A stretch of 64,000 nucleotides of DNA from the human T2T-CHM13v2.0 reference genome, Homo sapiens (GCF_009914755.1 NC_060925.1); one strand, 5' to 3'. Counted from the first letter of the stretch, positions 1 through 15,565 are shown. The notes: a model not told the origin generated them from the sequence alone. A program made the numbers and translations.

Positions 1-69
1 AACAGAAGGTTCCAGAATGACTTTTCCATCACCCCCACCACTGCCACCACCATCACCACCACGACCATA

Positions 70-290
70 AGTAATGCTTGGACATTCGTATAGTGCTTTG
101 AGTCATCATTCACTTTCACACACGTTTGCTCATTCATTGCTCTAGCAGCCCATACAGTTGGTGGGACAATATTAATTTCTATTTTGCAAAGGAAGAAAGT
201 GCAAAAATCAGAGAAATTAAACCAATAGCCAAAGATCCTACAGCCAACATTTGTGGATCCAGAACTCAAACTCAAAGCTTTGAAGCCTAG
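70..290 (+). mobile_element. MIR SINE remnant
   Basis: MIR core-like attttgcaaaggaagaaagtg...cagagaaattaaac...aaagatcctacagc. Confidence 0.55.
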
Positions 291-499
291 CCGAGTGTCT
301 CAAATGGCCTCTCCTAACAATCTATGGCTCATAACACACATTTCTAATGAATAAAATTGCTTTATTAATTTTAATTTGTTGTCCTTCCAAAAAGTTTACA
401 GACTTTGTGTTGAGAGTTTGTTTTCAACAATAAACACACGCACAAACACACACTCTCTCTCTCTTTCTTCCCTATCCCAAGCATAGATTTATTTTCTAG

Positions 500-728
500 A
501 GGGAGGCAGAAGAAATTCTCCCTAACCCTACACACATTGATGCCCCGTGACTAAGACCAGTGTAGTGCTACCTGTTCGGTCACAGAAAGCATGTGCTACA
601 CACATCACAATTGCCCCGTCTAATGAGAATCTGCTTCAAAGGAAGCCTAAAACTAAAGCCTGAGAGCTGGGGACAGGTCACTGAGAGCAGAAACACAAGT
701 GACACTGGCTCCCAAAGGTACAGATGAG
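500..728 (+). pseudogene. GAREM-like pseudo-exon A (mid-CABIT)
   Basis: Acceptor ttattttctag (AG 498-499), donor gag|gtggga at 728. Frame reads ILPNPTHIDAP*LRPV*CYLFGHRKHVLHTSQLPRLMRICFKGSLKLKPESWGQ..DTGSQRYR*; ends in phase 1. Confidence 0.55.
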
Positions 729-1012
729 GTGGGAAGAGGCCCTGGCCACCATCTATTATTCGTCTGCTTCTGTTTATATTTTATTTCAGTTTTAGGTTTT
801 TTTCCCACCTCACAACTGTTGGACTTTATTGTATTAATTTAATTGAGTATGTAAAGCAGCAACCATACTTTCAAAGTTAAAATGATGCAAATTGATATTC
901 ACACAGGTGTCACTTTCACTGCCCATTCCAATCCTTTTCTCCCCTCCCACCTACCTCCTATGGGCAACCAATCACACTGGACTCCAGTCTATTCTTTCCT
1001 ATGCTTCTTTTT

Positions 1013-1170
1013 TCTCCTTCCTTCCTTCCCTCCCTCCTTCCCTTCCTCCCTCCCTCTGGTCTTCCTTCCTTCCCATCACGTTGGACTCCAGACTATTCTT
1101 TCCTATGCTTCTTTTTCCTTTTCCTTTCCTTTCCTTTCCTTCCCCTTCCCTTCTTCCTTCCTTCCTTCTT
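1013..1170 (+). repeat. (CCTT)n/CT-rich simple repeat
   Basis: Visible cctt/ttcc runs. Confidence 0.85.
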
Positions 1171-1357
1171 TTTGAGATAGGGTCTCTGTCATCCAAGCTG
1201 TAATGCAGTGGTGCAATCACAGCTCACTGCAGCCTCAAACTCCTGGGCTCAAGCGATCCTCCTGCCTCAGCCTCCTGAGTAGCTGAGACTACAGGTGTGT
1301 GCCGCCATGCCTGGCTAATTAAAAAATTTTTTTTTGCTATGTTTCCCAGGCTGGTCC
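1166..1357 (-). mobile_element. Partial AluJ
   Basis: Antisense Alu right arm (gctcactgcagcctcaaactcctgggctcaagcgatcc). Confidence 0.8.
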
Positions 1358-1359
1358 TG

Positions 1360-1900
1360 TGTTTATTTTCTTAGAAAGTAAGCAGTTACATATATGTTTT
1401 CTCATTTCTCCTTCTTTCTTACACAAAAAGATAACGTGTGTGTGCTTTTGAACTTTGTTTTTATATTTAACAATACATTTTAGAAAGCACCACATATTAG
1501 TTCACTGATATGCAAAAAAGATCATACTCATTCTTTCTTAGAACTACATACTACAGTACTCCACTGTGTGGATATACTGTATATTTTTCAATCCATATAT
1601 TTACGGGCATTTACATCTATATTCTCATATTATTGTGGGGGTGTGTCTTCAAGGTACATTTCTGGAATTACTGGGTCAAAGGTAAATGCATATTTACTTT
1701 TGTAATATATTACCAAATTCTATAAGGTAACATTCTGATAATTTTTGCATCAAGATTCTTAAGTAATTTTGGAATTCAGTACTATTCTTAAGTAATAAAT
1801 TAAGTCATTTAATGCTACCTTCATCTGGTTTAAATATCAATGTTATACTTGCTTCATACAAAACATTTAGAATTTTTAAGAAATTTTCTATTTGGCCAGT
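1360..1900 (-). mobile_element. Old L1M fragment
   Basis: AT-rich L1 3'-type motifs (tggaattactgggtcaaaggtaaatgcatattt). Confidence 0.55.
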
Positions 1901-2085
1901 AGGTTAGTGTATGGGACCCACTCTCTCTGTGGGTTTTAATCACATATGAACTAATTCTCTGGCCCAGAAAGGCATAATGGCAACTACATTTGTCCAAAGG
2001 CAATTTTTGAAAAGTAAAATATTCTCGTTAGAAGACAGATCAGCCACCCAAATCAGAGTTTAATAGATGTGTGTCCTTATCTTAG

Positions 2086-2184
2086 TTTGGAACTTTAACT
2101 CAACAACAAGGGAAGGAGAATCACGACAAGTTGGGAGCTTTGAAATCCAAGGAACATCCCCTTCATCCCCCACTCAGCAGAACT
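2086..2184 (+). pseudogene. GAREM-like pseudo-exon B
   Basis: ccttatcttag acceptor; 99 nt, phase 1-1, open: VWNFNSTTREGESRQVGSFEIQGTSPSSPTQQN, resembling the CABIT 'xxGE/DxLxL' strand. Donor gtgcat may be a CpG-decayed gtgcgt. Confidence 0.55.
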
Positions 2185-2405
2185 GTGCATGCGTTCCTGC
2201 ACATGTGTTGGTGTGTCCTTGGGTGTGTCTGTATGTGCCCACGTGCCTGCTCGTGCAGGCCTTGTGCCAGTCTGTGTGTGGCCATCTCTCCGTGTGTGTG
2301 TGTGTGCTGATGTGTGTCTGCGTTGCTGTGTGTCTACACAAAATGAGGGAGGAGACACAGTCTAGTTCCCAACCCTTCCCAGCTGATGCAATGAAAAAAG
2401 GACTC

Positions 2406-2820
2406 TGATGTGATTTGGATGTTTGTTCCCTCCAAATCTCATGACGAAATGCGATTCCCAATGTGGGAGGTGGGTCCTGGTGGGAGGTACTGGATCACGG
2501 GGCCAGATCAGTCAGGAAGGGCTCAGCGCCACCCTTTGGTGATAAGTGAAAGTCACTCTGAGTTCATCCAAGACCTGGTTGTTTAAAAGTGTGTGTCGCC
2601 TTCCTGCTGTCTCTCTTGCTCCCACTCTTGCTGTGTGATAGTATGGCTCCCCCTTCACCTTCTGCATGAGTGGAAGCTTCCTGAGGCCTCACCAGGAACA
2701 GATGCTGGCTGCCATGCTTCCTGTACCACCTGCAGGACCATAAGCCAATTAAACCTCTTTCCTTTAGAAATTACCCAGTATCAAGTATTCCTTTACAGCA
2801 ACACAAAACAGCCTACTACA
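2406..2820 (+). mobile_element. MST (ERVL-MaLR) solo LTR
   Basis: tgatgtgatttggatgtttgttccctccaaatctcatg...ccaattaaacctctttc...ttacccagt..caagtattcctttacagcaac. Confidence 0.85.
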
Positions 2821-3016
2821 GACCCTACAGTGACTGCCTTCAAATCTTGATCCTGCTCTCCCCATTCTAGACTCCATCCCTCTCGCCCCTTGTCTTTGAC
2901 TTGGGCATTTAGGAGTTGGGGGAGGTTCAGGGGAGGAGGAGGTAGAGTTTGGGATCAGCAGGGGTGAAGCCAAGAGGACATGGAGCAGGGCAAAGGGAGG
3001 AGGGGAGGGCTCTGCA

Positions 3017-4425
3017 CTGTGTGTGAGGGAGTCTGTGGTGAGTAGGAGTGTGTGAAAGTGTGGGGTGGGGGTGAGCGTGTGAGAGTGTGTGGGGGTGAGT
3101 GTGTGTGACAGAAAGTATGTGTGAGGGTGTGGGTGAGTGTGAGTGTGTGAGGGTGTGGGGTGGGGTGTGTGTGATGACAGTGTATGTGAGTGTGTGTGAA
3201 GGTGTGGGTTGGGGTGAGTGTGTGTGAGGGTGAGGGGTGGGTGTGTGTGAGAGTGTGTGTGAGAGCATGTATGAGGGTCAGGGGTGGGGTGTGTGTGAGT
3301 GTGTGAGCACGTGTGTGAGCATGTATGAGGGTGGGGGTGGGGGTGTGTGTGTGAGGATGGGTGAGCGTGTGTGAGGGTACAGGGTGGGGGGTGAGTGTGT
3401 GTGAGTGTGGATGGGGGGTGGGGGTGTGTGAATGTGAGGTGGGTGTGTTGTGGGTGTGTGTCAGGGTGTGGGTTGGGGTTGTGAATGTGGGAGGGTGTGG
3501 GGTGGCGGTGTGAGTGTGGGAGGGTGTGGGGTGGGGTGTGTGAATGGGGTGGATGTGTGTGTGAGAGTATGGGTGTGTGTGGGTGTGTGTCTGGGTGTGG
3601 GGTAGGGGGTGAGCGTGAGTGTGGGAGGGTGTGGGGTGGGGGTGGGGGTGAGTGTGGGAGAGTGTGGGGTACGGGTGTGAGTGTGGGAGGGTGTGGGGTG
3701 GGGTGAGAGTGTGGGAGGGTGTGGGATGGGGGTGAGCATGAGTGTGGGAGGGTGTGGGGGTGAGTGTGAGTGTGGGAGGGTGTGGGGTGGGGGTGTGACT
3801 GTGGGAGAGTGGGGTGGGGGTGAGTGTGAGTGTGGGAGGGTGTGGGGTGGGGTGGGGTGAGAGCATGGGAGGGTGTGGGGTGGGGGTGAGTGTGAGTGTG
3901 GAAGGGTGTGGGGTGGGGGTGAGTGTGACTGTGGGAGAGTGTGGGGTGGGGTGAATGTGAGTGTGGGAGGGTGTGGGGTGGGGGTGAATGTGAGTGTGGG
4001 AGGGTGTGGGGTGGGGGTGTGTGTGGGAGGGTGTGGGGTGGGGTGTGTGGATGTGTGTGTGAGCGTGGGTTTGTGGGTGTGTGGTGTGGGTGTGAATGTG
4101 GGAGGGTGTGTGGTGTGTGTGTGACTGTGGGGTATGTGTACGAGAGTGTTGGGTGTCTGTGTGTGAGGGTGTGTGTGGGTGTGGGTCAGGGTTTAGGGTG
4201 GGGGTGAGGGTGAGTGTGGGAGAGTTCGGGGTGGTGGTGTGTAAGTGTGTGTGTGAAGGTGAGAATGTGAATACAGGCACGTCTCAGAGCATGTGGGGTG
4301 AATGTGTGTGTAAGTGTATGGAGAGTGTGAGAGGGTGTGGGGGGTGTGTTTGTGTCTGGAGTGTGAGTGTGTGGGTATAAGTGTAAGTGTACGTGTGAGT
4401 CCTTGAGGATGTGTGCACATGTGCA
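3017..4425 (+). repeat. 1.4-kb G/T-rich degenerate minisatellite (gtgagtgtgggagggtgtggggtggggg-like units)
   Basis: Near absence of C on the + strand; a ~28-32 bp unit recurs, best seen at 3480-4110. Confidence 0.95.
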
Positions 4426-4537
4426 CAGGTGGGTCATGTGGCGGGGAGGGAACAGCTAACGTTACCGGGGAAAGCAGCAGAGCCGACTCTCAGTCCCGTC
4501 AGGCCCCTGCAGCTGCGCCCACCTCTCTCCCTCCCAG

Positions 4538-4720
4538 GCGCTGTTCAGACGGCCCTGATCCCTCAGCCCTTCCTCATTCTTCCGCTGTTCAAAAGAAGGG
4601 CTCGTTTTCCACATGCCCTACCCTCTCCGCAGAGGAGAGTTCTGGCTGGAGGCTTCCTGTGGGAAGGTCCCACCAGCGCACTGTGCTTTCCTTGTTGTGT
4701 CCAGGAGATAAAATAAGCGG
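4538..4720 (+). pseudogene. GAREM-like pseudo-exon C (CABIT Cys and LPxxxxGxF motif)
   Basis: Strong acceptor ctctctccctcccag and donor gg|gtgggt. Spliced to B it gives C-AVQTALIPQPFLILPLFKR, a 2-nt extra AG at 4597-4598, then GSFSTCPTLSAEESSGWRLPVGRSHQRTVLSLLCPGDKISG. Confidence 0.7.
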
Positions 4721-5505
4721 GTGGGTGACCCTCTGGGGGTTCCATCCCTCCATGGCCTCCCTCTCAGGCCCTCCATGTGCGTCCACTCTCCAGCCCATGT
4801 CTGCCACCCACAGCCGAGGCCCCTGGACCTGGCCCCCAGCGGGGGCTGTGCTCTCCGACCCCAGCTTCTCCCTCAGCCCCTTCTCTGCTGCTTCCTCCTC
4901 CCCTGGCTCCATACTTAGCCTCAACAGCATGACCCAACTACCACCACTGTCTCCCAAGAGCCGTCTGCTTCTCTGGCCCTTTCCTCTGTCCCTAAAACCT
5001 GCTTCGGTATGGACCCAACTCCTCCCCTCTCCACACTCACGAAGGGGCTGCTCAGCGCTGCTGGAGAGACCCCCCCCACTAAACTCTGCCCATCAGACAT
5101 CCACAATCCAGCCTCTGCGAGGCCCTCAGAGCTACCTGGCAATAGGACTCCTTGCCCCAAATCATCTCCCCCTCCCTTCATCCTCTTCTTCCAGTCTTCA
5201 TCACTTCCTCATCACCTCTGACCTTTCCTCCTCAGCAGAGGACCTCAGCCCCTCTGTCTACACAGAATGGCCATTAGCAGAGAACCCTCCTTAATGTTCC
5301 CCACCCCACCTACTCCACTCCACACCCACATCCATCCTTGCCTCCACTCAGGGCAGCAGCTCTTCCTCCACAGCAGAGCCTGTAGGACACCACCCACAGC
5401 TGCTCCCGACTTGCTGCCCTGCCGGCAGGGCCCTCCTTCCTCCCCAGGGGCTGACAATGGCAGACTCACTTTCTTGCCTCCCTTGCTGTAAGGCCAGAGC
5501 ACGCG

Positions 5506-6096
5506 TGTCAGGAACATGGCTGTGCTTTGGTCAAGGATAGGCTGAGGTAAACATCCAGAGTGACTCAGCAAGTTTAGAGCGCAGGCGTATAACTCCACTT
5601 GTCATCACAGCCATATAGCCATAACATCGGAAGGCTCATCATTTGGCTCTAAGCCACTGTTGTTTGTAAAAGCTATTATTGCCCTGCTGACACTGTACAG
5701 GCATGCTGGCACCCAGAGAAAGAGCCAAAGCTGTCCATTTTGCAGGTAGACAGGGGGAGCCAGGGCACAGCACAGTTCAGCTCGTGCCCAGAGAGAGAAA
5801 GAGTTAAGCTGCTGACCCCGAAGGCAGGGGAGAGTCGGCCATGCAGCTATGTGTGGGAGCTGGCTGCTGAGAGGAGCCACAAAGCCAGAGCAGACAGCTG
5901 AGTCAAGGCGGACAGTGTGAGAGAGCTGGTATGAGTCAGCTGCTGAGAGACCTGTTGAGTAAAACTACATTTCACCTGCTTATGGCCCCACGAGTGTTCC
6001 TTCAGCTACCTGCCCATCTGCCCACTCCCCTCGAACCTCAGCATGGGCTGGAACCTGACCCCAAGCAGGGCATTTGGTATAGTTGTGAACCTGACA
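5506..6096 (+). mobile_element. LTR18-like (ERVL) solo LTR
   Basis: TG...CA ends; 5-bp TSD acgcg/acgtg; start tgtcaggaacatggctgtgctttggtcaagg. Confidence 0.75.
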
Positions 6097-6533
6097 ACGT
6101 GACCTTGTCCTCCTCAATGGGACATCAGGGGAAATCTGCAGGGACTCATAGGGAGGGTTTTCCTCCCCGACGGAGGGACAAGGGGAGAAAGCTCTGTCTT
6201 TGGCCACCTTGAGTTGTGTTTGCAGCTGCCAGAGCCATAAAACCACTGGGGAATCAACCAAGGACACGGTCACTAGTCTAGTGGAGAAAATGACCTGGAT
6301 CCTTGAGCTGGGTGGGTCCTTGGAAGTCTATTCCTGATCCTTGAAATGAGATAATGTACTCCTCATGGTTCAGGCCATATTTGTTGGGTCATCTGTCACT
6401 TGCAGCTGAAGGCATCTTCTCAGCCAAGGCTAACACTTCACAGGTCAGTAGACCGCTCCCCTCCCCAAGGGATCTGCCCTACACTCACCCCTCCATCCTG
6501 TAATGTCCACGTCTCTGGCGCTTTTCCTCCTCA

Positions 6534-7079
<546 letters not shown>

Positions 7080-7100
7080 TCACCCTGATTCTGTGTCTAG

Positions 7101-7285
7101 GACAGTCACCCTTGTTGCCCAGAGTGATCCTTAAGCGATTTCATGTGTGCGTGTTTGTGTTTTCTCTCTCCAAGGGGCTGCTCTGGCTTCTCCCAGCACT
7201 GTGGCCCTGCACACCTGGACGTCCGTATTTTACAATCTCCCAGGCTGATTCTGGCCCGTATCAAAGGAGAGCACCACTGCTGGCT
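7101..7285 (+). pseudogene. GAREM-like pseudo-exon D
   Basis: ttctgtgtctag acceptor, ct|gtgagc donor; phase 2 at both ends. Reads GTVTLVAQSDP*, a frameshift, then HCGPAHLDVRILQSPRLILARIKGEHHCWL (final CABIT strands). Confidence 0.55.
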
Positions 7286-7374
7286 GTGAGCCACTTCTAC
7301 TTCGTGATTCCTTAGTGTCCAAATTACCTTGCATGGGACGCATAGGATGTCTCATGTACCTTAGGGGCTGTCTC

Positions 7375-7532
7375 AACTAGTCCTTTTTGAATTTTAACGT
7401 GCATATGAATCACCTCAGGATTTTAAAATGCAGATTTTGATCGAGTGGCTCTGGGGTAGGGGCTGAGATCCTGCGCTTCTAACGAGCTTCGTGAGGCTGC
7501 TGGTCCACGGACCACACTTTGAGTAGCAAGGC
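7375..7532. mobile_element. MER5-type DNA transposon remnant
   Basis: aatgcagatt...ggggctgaga...gctggtccacggaccacactttgagtagcaagg. Confidence 0.75.
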
Positions 7533-7769
7533 TCTGAATCACTGACTGTTGGTATTGCAGGGGAACATGGAGGTCCGGTTCCAATCCTCTTATTTTTCAG
7601 ATAAGGAAATATATTCAAGGAGGTTAGGTAACATAATTTCCCAGCGCTCCTCAGCAGGAGTGGAAGGAAGCACTGCTCCGCCACTGCTCCCAGCTCATTA
7701 CCCACCTTGGCCTAGTGGCGCTTAGGATTTCATCCCCCACACTTGGTCTGTCCTGCTCTCCTGGAACAG

Positions 7770-8060
7770 ACTCATCCCCTGGGTGATCCTAACCTTGCTT
7801 AACCTGGGAGTGAGGTGTCAGGAGGGAGCCCCTTCCCTGAGGTGGGCAAAAAAAGCAGGAAATCCCTGGTGGGGGAGAAGGTAATGGCTTTTGCCAATGG
7901 TGCTGAAGACAACCACATGCTTTGAAGATAGAGCCCTATAAGAAGGTTTCGGAGGTCCTGCTTCCCCTACCTGGCCAGGTACCCTTTAGGCTCCACCTGA
8001 ATAACGCCCCTGCCTTTCTGAGACTGTCTGGATGCTATATGTACTTCCATGGGGACTCAG
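7770..8060 (+). pseudogene. GAREM-like pseudo-exon E (CABIT end + GAREM-specific motif)
   Basis: Acceptor ctctcctggaacag, donor cag|gtatgc. Starts LLIPWVI; the distal frame FCQWC*RQPHALKIEPYKKVSEVLLPLPGQVPFRLHLNNAPAFLRLSGCYMYFHGDSG matches recalled GAREM C.E.F..DEYS.AVR and FHRLSVCVY..LHGNS. Confidence 0.75.
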
Positions 8061-8290
8061 GTATGCCTCCCTGCACAGACATTCATGCGTCTGCACATCC
8101 CACCTGGACCCAAGAAGAAAAATGGAAGTAGGAACAGAGAGGAGCTGCAACAAATCTCCACACGCACACTGGCTACCGGCAACACTGACTGGGCTCTCGG
8201 CTTTCCAGAAGATGAGGCAAGGGGGAAAAGGGACCATTTGCTTAGGGGTGGCACCTGGGGCCACGTGCTCACACAGCTCTTTCTTCCCAG

Positions 8291-8355
8291 GTATACAGGA
8301 ATGTGCTCATGCACATAGGTCGCACCGGGGGTTTCTTGAGATGCAGCAGAGAACC
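8291..8355 (+). pseudogene. Possible GAREM-like pseudo-exon F, truncated by a MER39-like LTR
   Basis: ctctttcttcccag acceptor, phase 1 fits exon E; open (GIQECAHAHRSHRGFLEMQQRT) until the LTR begins. Confidence 0.35.
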
Positions 8356-9718
<1,363 letters not shown>

Positions 9719-9891
9719 ATGCTCTGTAAAATTCTGATGGGCTGCATCTTGCAGCACACAACTCAGTAAATACAAAGTTGGGGCTGGGAGACCAATGCAA
9801 GGCGGTTCCATCCCCAGTGCTTCTGACCTGACCTGACTCAGGGCACAGTACTTAGAATTTCTGGAAGCCAAATGTCATTGTGCCTTTGCAG

Positions 9892-11472
9892 CCATCCTCC
9901 CCAACTACGACTTCTGTCCATGAGCAGTTGATAAGTATCTGTAGGCAGAATACTACAGCCGGCCTTCCAGACAATGCCCAAAAGACAGCTGTGTCCGGAA
10001 TTGGTGGGTTCTTGGTCTCACCAACTTCAAGAATGAAGCTGCGGACCTGCGCCGTGAGTGTTACAATTCTCAATTCTTAAAGGCGGCGTGTCGGGAGTTT
10101 GCTACTGCTGATGTTCGGATATGTTTGGAGTTTCTTACTTCTGGTGGGTTCATGGTCTCGCTGGCTCAGGAGTGAAGCTGCAGAGCTTCACGGTGAGTGT
10201 TACAGCTCTTAAGGCGGCGCGTCTGGAGTTGTTCCTTCCTCCCGGTGGGTTTGTGGTCTCGCTGGCTTCAGGAGTGAAGCCGCAGACCTTTGCGGTGAGT
10301 GTTACAGCTCATAAAGGCAGTGGGGGCCCAGAGTGAGCAGCAGCAGAATTTGTTGCAAAAAGCAAAAGAACAAAGCCTCCACAGCGTGGATGGGGACCTA
10401 AGCAGATTACCCCAGCTGGCGCGGGCAGCCTGCTTTTATTCTCTAATCTGGCCCCACCTACATCCTGCTGAATGGTCCATTTTACAGAGAGCTCATTGGT
10501 CTGTTTTACAGAGAGCTGATTGGTCCGTTTTGACAGGGTGCTGATTGGTGCGTTTACAATCCCTGAGCTAGACACAAAAGTTCTCCACGTCCCCACTAGA
10601 TTAGCTAGATACAGAGTATCCACACAAAGGTTCTCCAAGTCCCCACCAGCGTAGCTAGATACAGAGTGTCGATTGATGCATTCACAAACCCTGCAAACCC
10701 TGAGCTAGACACAGGGTGCTGATTGGTGTGCTTACAAACCTTGAGCTAGATACAGAGTGCCGATTGGTGTATTTACAATCCCTTAGCTAGACATAAAGTT
10801 TCTCCAAGTCCCCACCAGACTCAGGAGCCCAGCTGGCTTCACCTAGTGGATCCCATCTGGGGCCGCAGGTGGAGCTGCCTGCCAGTCCCGTGCCATGCGC
10901 CCACACTCCTCAGCCCTTGGGTGGTCCATGGGACTGGGCGCCATGGAGCAGGGGGCGGTGATTGTCCAGGAGGCTCAGGCCGTGCAGGAGCCCATGGTGG
11001 TGGGGAGGCTCAGGCATGGTGGGCTGCAGGTCCCGAGCCCTGCCCCGCAGGGAGGCAGCTAAGGCCTGGTGAGAAGTTGAGCACAGCAGCTGCTGGCCCA
11101 GGTGCTAAGCCCCTCACTGCCCGGGGCTTGCGGGCCGGCCGCTCCCAGTGCGGGGCCGCTAAACCCACGCCCACCCAGAACTCACGCTGGTCCGCAAGCG
11201 CCGTGCGCAGCCCCAGTTCCCGCCCGTGCCTCTCCCTCCACACCTCCCTGCAAGCTGAGGGAGCCAGCTCCCGCCTTGGCCAGCCCAGGAAGGGGCTCCC
11301 ACAGTGCAGCAGAGGGCTGAAGGGCTCCTCAAGTGCTGCCAAAGTGGGAGCCCAGGCAGAGGAGGCGCCGAGAGCGAGCAAGGGCTGTGAGGGTTGCCAG
11401 CACGCTGTCACCTCTCACAGCTATCCCTGAGCCTGAAGGGACCCAGCAGCTTAAACTGAGAGTGGGGAGGAA
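9892..11472 (+). pseudogene. GAREM-like pseudo-exon G, split by LTR12C
   Basis: cctttgcag acceptor and aa|gtgagt donor. Removing the LTR and one TSD restores an open frame: PSSPTTTSVHEQLISICRQNTTAGLPDNAQKTAIPEPEGTQQLKLRVGR. Confidence 0.5.
9990..11417 (-). mobile_element. LTR12C-like (ERV9) solo LTR
   Basis: Minus strand starts tgagaggtgacagcgtg and ends ccaattccggacaca; 4-bp TSD cagc at 9986-9989 and 11418-11421; tandem gattgg (CCAAT) enhancer repeats at ~10490-10810. Confidence 0.95.
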
Positions 11473-11625
11473 GTGAGTGGTGGACCTCCTTTCATCCTTG
11501 CTGAACAAGGAAGCTCACTGCAATAGCATCTCTTTTCCCACAGGGAAGCACACAGCATGGTTCCCCAGCCAAGGCCCAGCAGCCCTCGGGGATGGCTCAG
11601 TTCTCCTCCCCTGCTCCCCCAACAG

Positions 11626-13010
<1,385 letters not shown>

Positions 13011-13197
13011 ACACCTATTATCAAAAAATGTGCAGATAAAGATAATTACAACAAAGAAAATAAAGACCAGTGATAATGCCTTTTCCCAGAGATAACTATG
13101 GTTAGCCTGTTGATGTATAATATACTTACATGCATTAGAAATTTGATTTCAACCAAAGGACATTTAGCATAGAAGAGATCAGACGACTCGAAAGCTC

Positions 13198-13511
13198 TTT
13201 TTTTTTAATATTTATTTTTTGAGATAGGGTCTCGCTTCGTTGCCCAGGCTGGAGTGCAGTGGAAAAATCACGGCTCACTGTAGGCTTGAACTGGGCTCAA
13301 ACGAGCCTGCCACCTGAGCCTCCTGTGTAGCTGGGACTACAGGCGTCCACTACCATGCCTGGCTAATTTTTACTTTTTTTTTTTTTATTTTGTAGAGACG
13401 GAGTTTCACTATGTTGCCCAGGCTGGTCTTGAACTCCTAGGCTCAAGGGATCCTCCCACCTACGGCCTCCCAAAGTGCTGGGATTACAGCCATGAGCCAC
13501 TGTGCCTGGCC
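13198..13511 (-). mobile_element. AluJ
   Basis: Antisense dimer. Confidence 0.9.
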
Positions 13512-13571
13512 TTTGAAAGGTTTCTTACAGCCCATTCAAGACTCATAGCCCTGTTCGCCTTCCCTTTGCAG

Positions 13572-13629
13572 CCATCCTCCGTAACTGTGACTTCTCCAGG
13601 ACAGTCTCTCCAGGATGGCTGACTCTGGG
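13572..13629 (+). pseudogene. GAREM-like pseudo-exon J
   Basis: ccttccctttgcag acceptor, gg|gtaatg donor; PSSVTVTSPGQSLQDG*LW, phase 0 to phase 1, which fits the next exon. Confidence 0.45.
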
Positions 13630-13844
13630 GTAATGAGTTCATTCCCCAAGGGTTTTCCGAATGCTCTGCCCTACGGCATCCATCTCCGAGGCATCCTAAT
13701 GAACTTGGAGCAAAGCTAAAAGCCCGACAAGAATAAGCTGACAGACCTGTTTGCTCCCCTGGCTAAAATGGAATCCAAATTCATTTTGGCCTCAACTTCA
13801 GGGGAGATGGTTTGAAGTTGTGCTTGGTGCATTTTTCTCAGCCT

Positions 13845-14010
13845 GTGCTATGGTCAGAATGTTTATGTCCCCCCTACCCCCCCCAAATTCCTATATTGAA
13901 ATCCAAAGCCCCAAGGTGATGCTGTTAGGAGGTGGGACCTCTGAGAGGTGGTTAAGTCATGAGGATGGAGCTCTTATGAATGGGACTCATGATTTTGTAA
14001 AGAGCTCTGA
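13845..14010 (+). mobile_element. MaLR LTR 5' fragment (MST/MLT1A-like)
   Basis: tgctatggtcagaatgtttatgtccccc...aaattcctatattgaaatcc. Confidence 0.7.
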
Positions 14011-14063
14011 CAGAGATCCAGGAATGCTTTATGTTTTAGTTTTTTTTTTTTTTAACTTGTTTG

Positions 14064-14398
<335 letters not shown>

Positions 14399-14806
14399 AG
14401 TTGGTTTTGTATTTTAATATAACAGTGCTTCTTCTACTTTTCCACCACATTCTGGGGAAAACAGAACCACTGAGGCAACTGGCTTCCCTGACTCTGGCTA
14501 CCCAAGACCCCACCCAGAGGGCTGAGGTGCTGGATCAAGGCTGTACCTGTAGGTTGCACACTACACTCCCCAGCCCACTGTGGGGAAGCTGTTCTCTACC
14601 ATCGGTTCCCCAAATTTGGTTGGGATCAGAATCCTCTGGGAATGTACAGAGACTAAGGCCCTGCTCTACCCACCTCCATGACCTTAGAGTTCTGTCTTAG
14701 CTCTCTTGGAGATTATGATAAAACCACTGCTCTATAGGCAACCAGAGCTTCTCAGACTTTGCTGTACATCTGAACCACTAGGGGGACTTTTAAGGATCCC
14801 GATTCC

Positions 14807-15505
<699 letters not shown>

Positions 15506-15565
15506 TTCCCAGGTGCTTTTAATGTGCAGCCGCGTTTGAGACACACTGCTCAAGTCTGCATCTAG

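Noticed and set aside
2955-4280. 441-aa His/Thr/Pro-rich ORF and overlapping Gly/Val/Cys ORFs
   Set aside because: Translation of the stop-poor G/T minisatellite.
4413-5294. 293-aa ORF as a single-exon gene
   Set aside because: Only ~4599-4720 carries family motifs; the rest is C-rich intron-like sequence beyond a splice donor.
10846-11430. 194-aa ORF and CpG-rich stretch
   Set aside because: Lies within the GC-rich U3 region of LTR12C.
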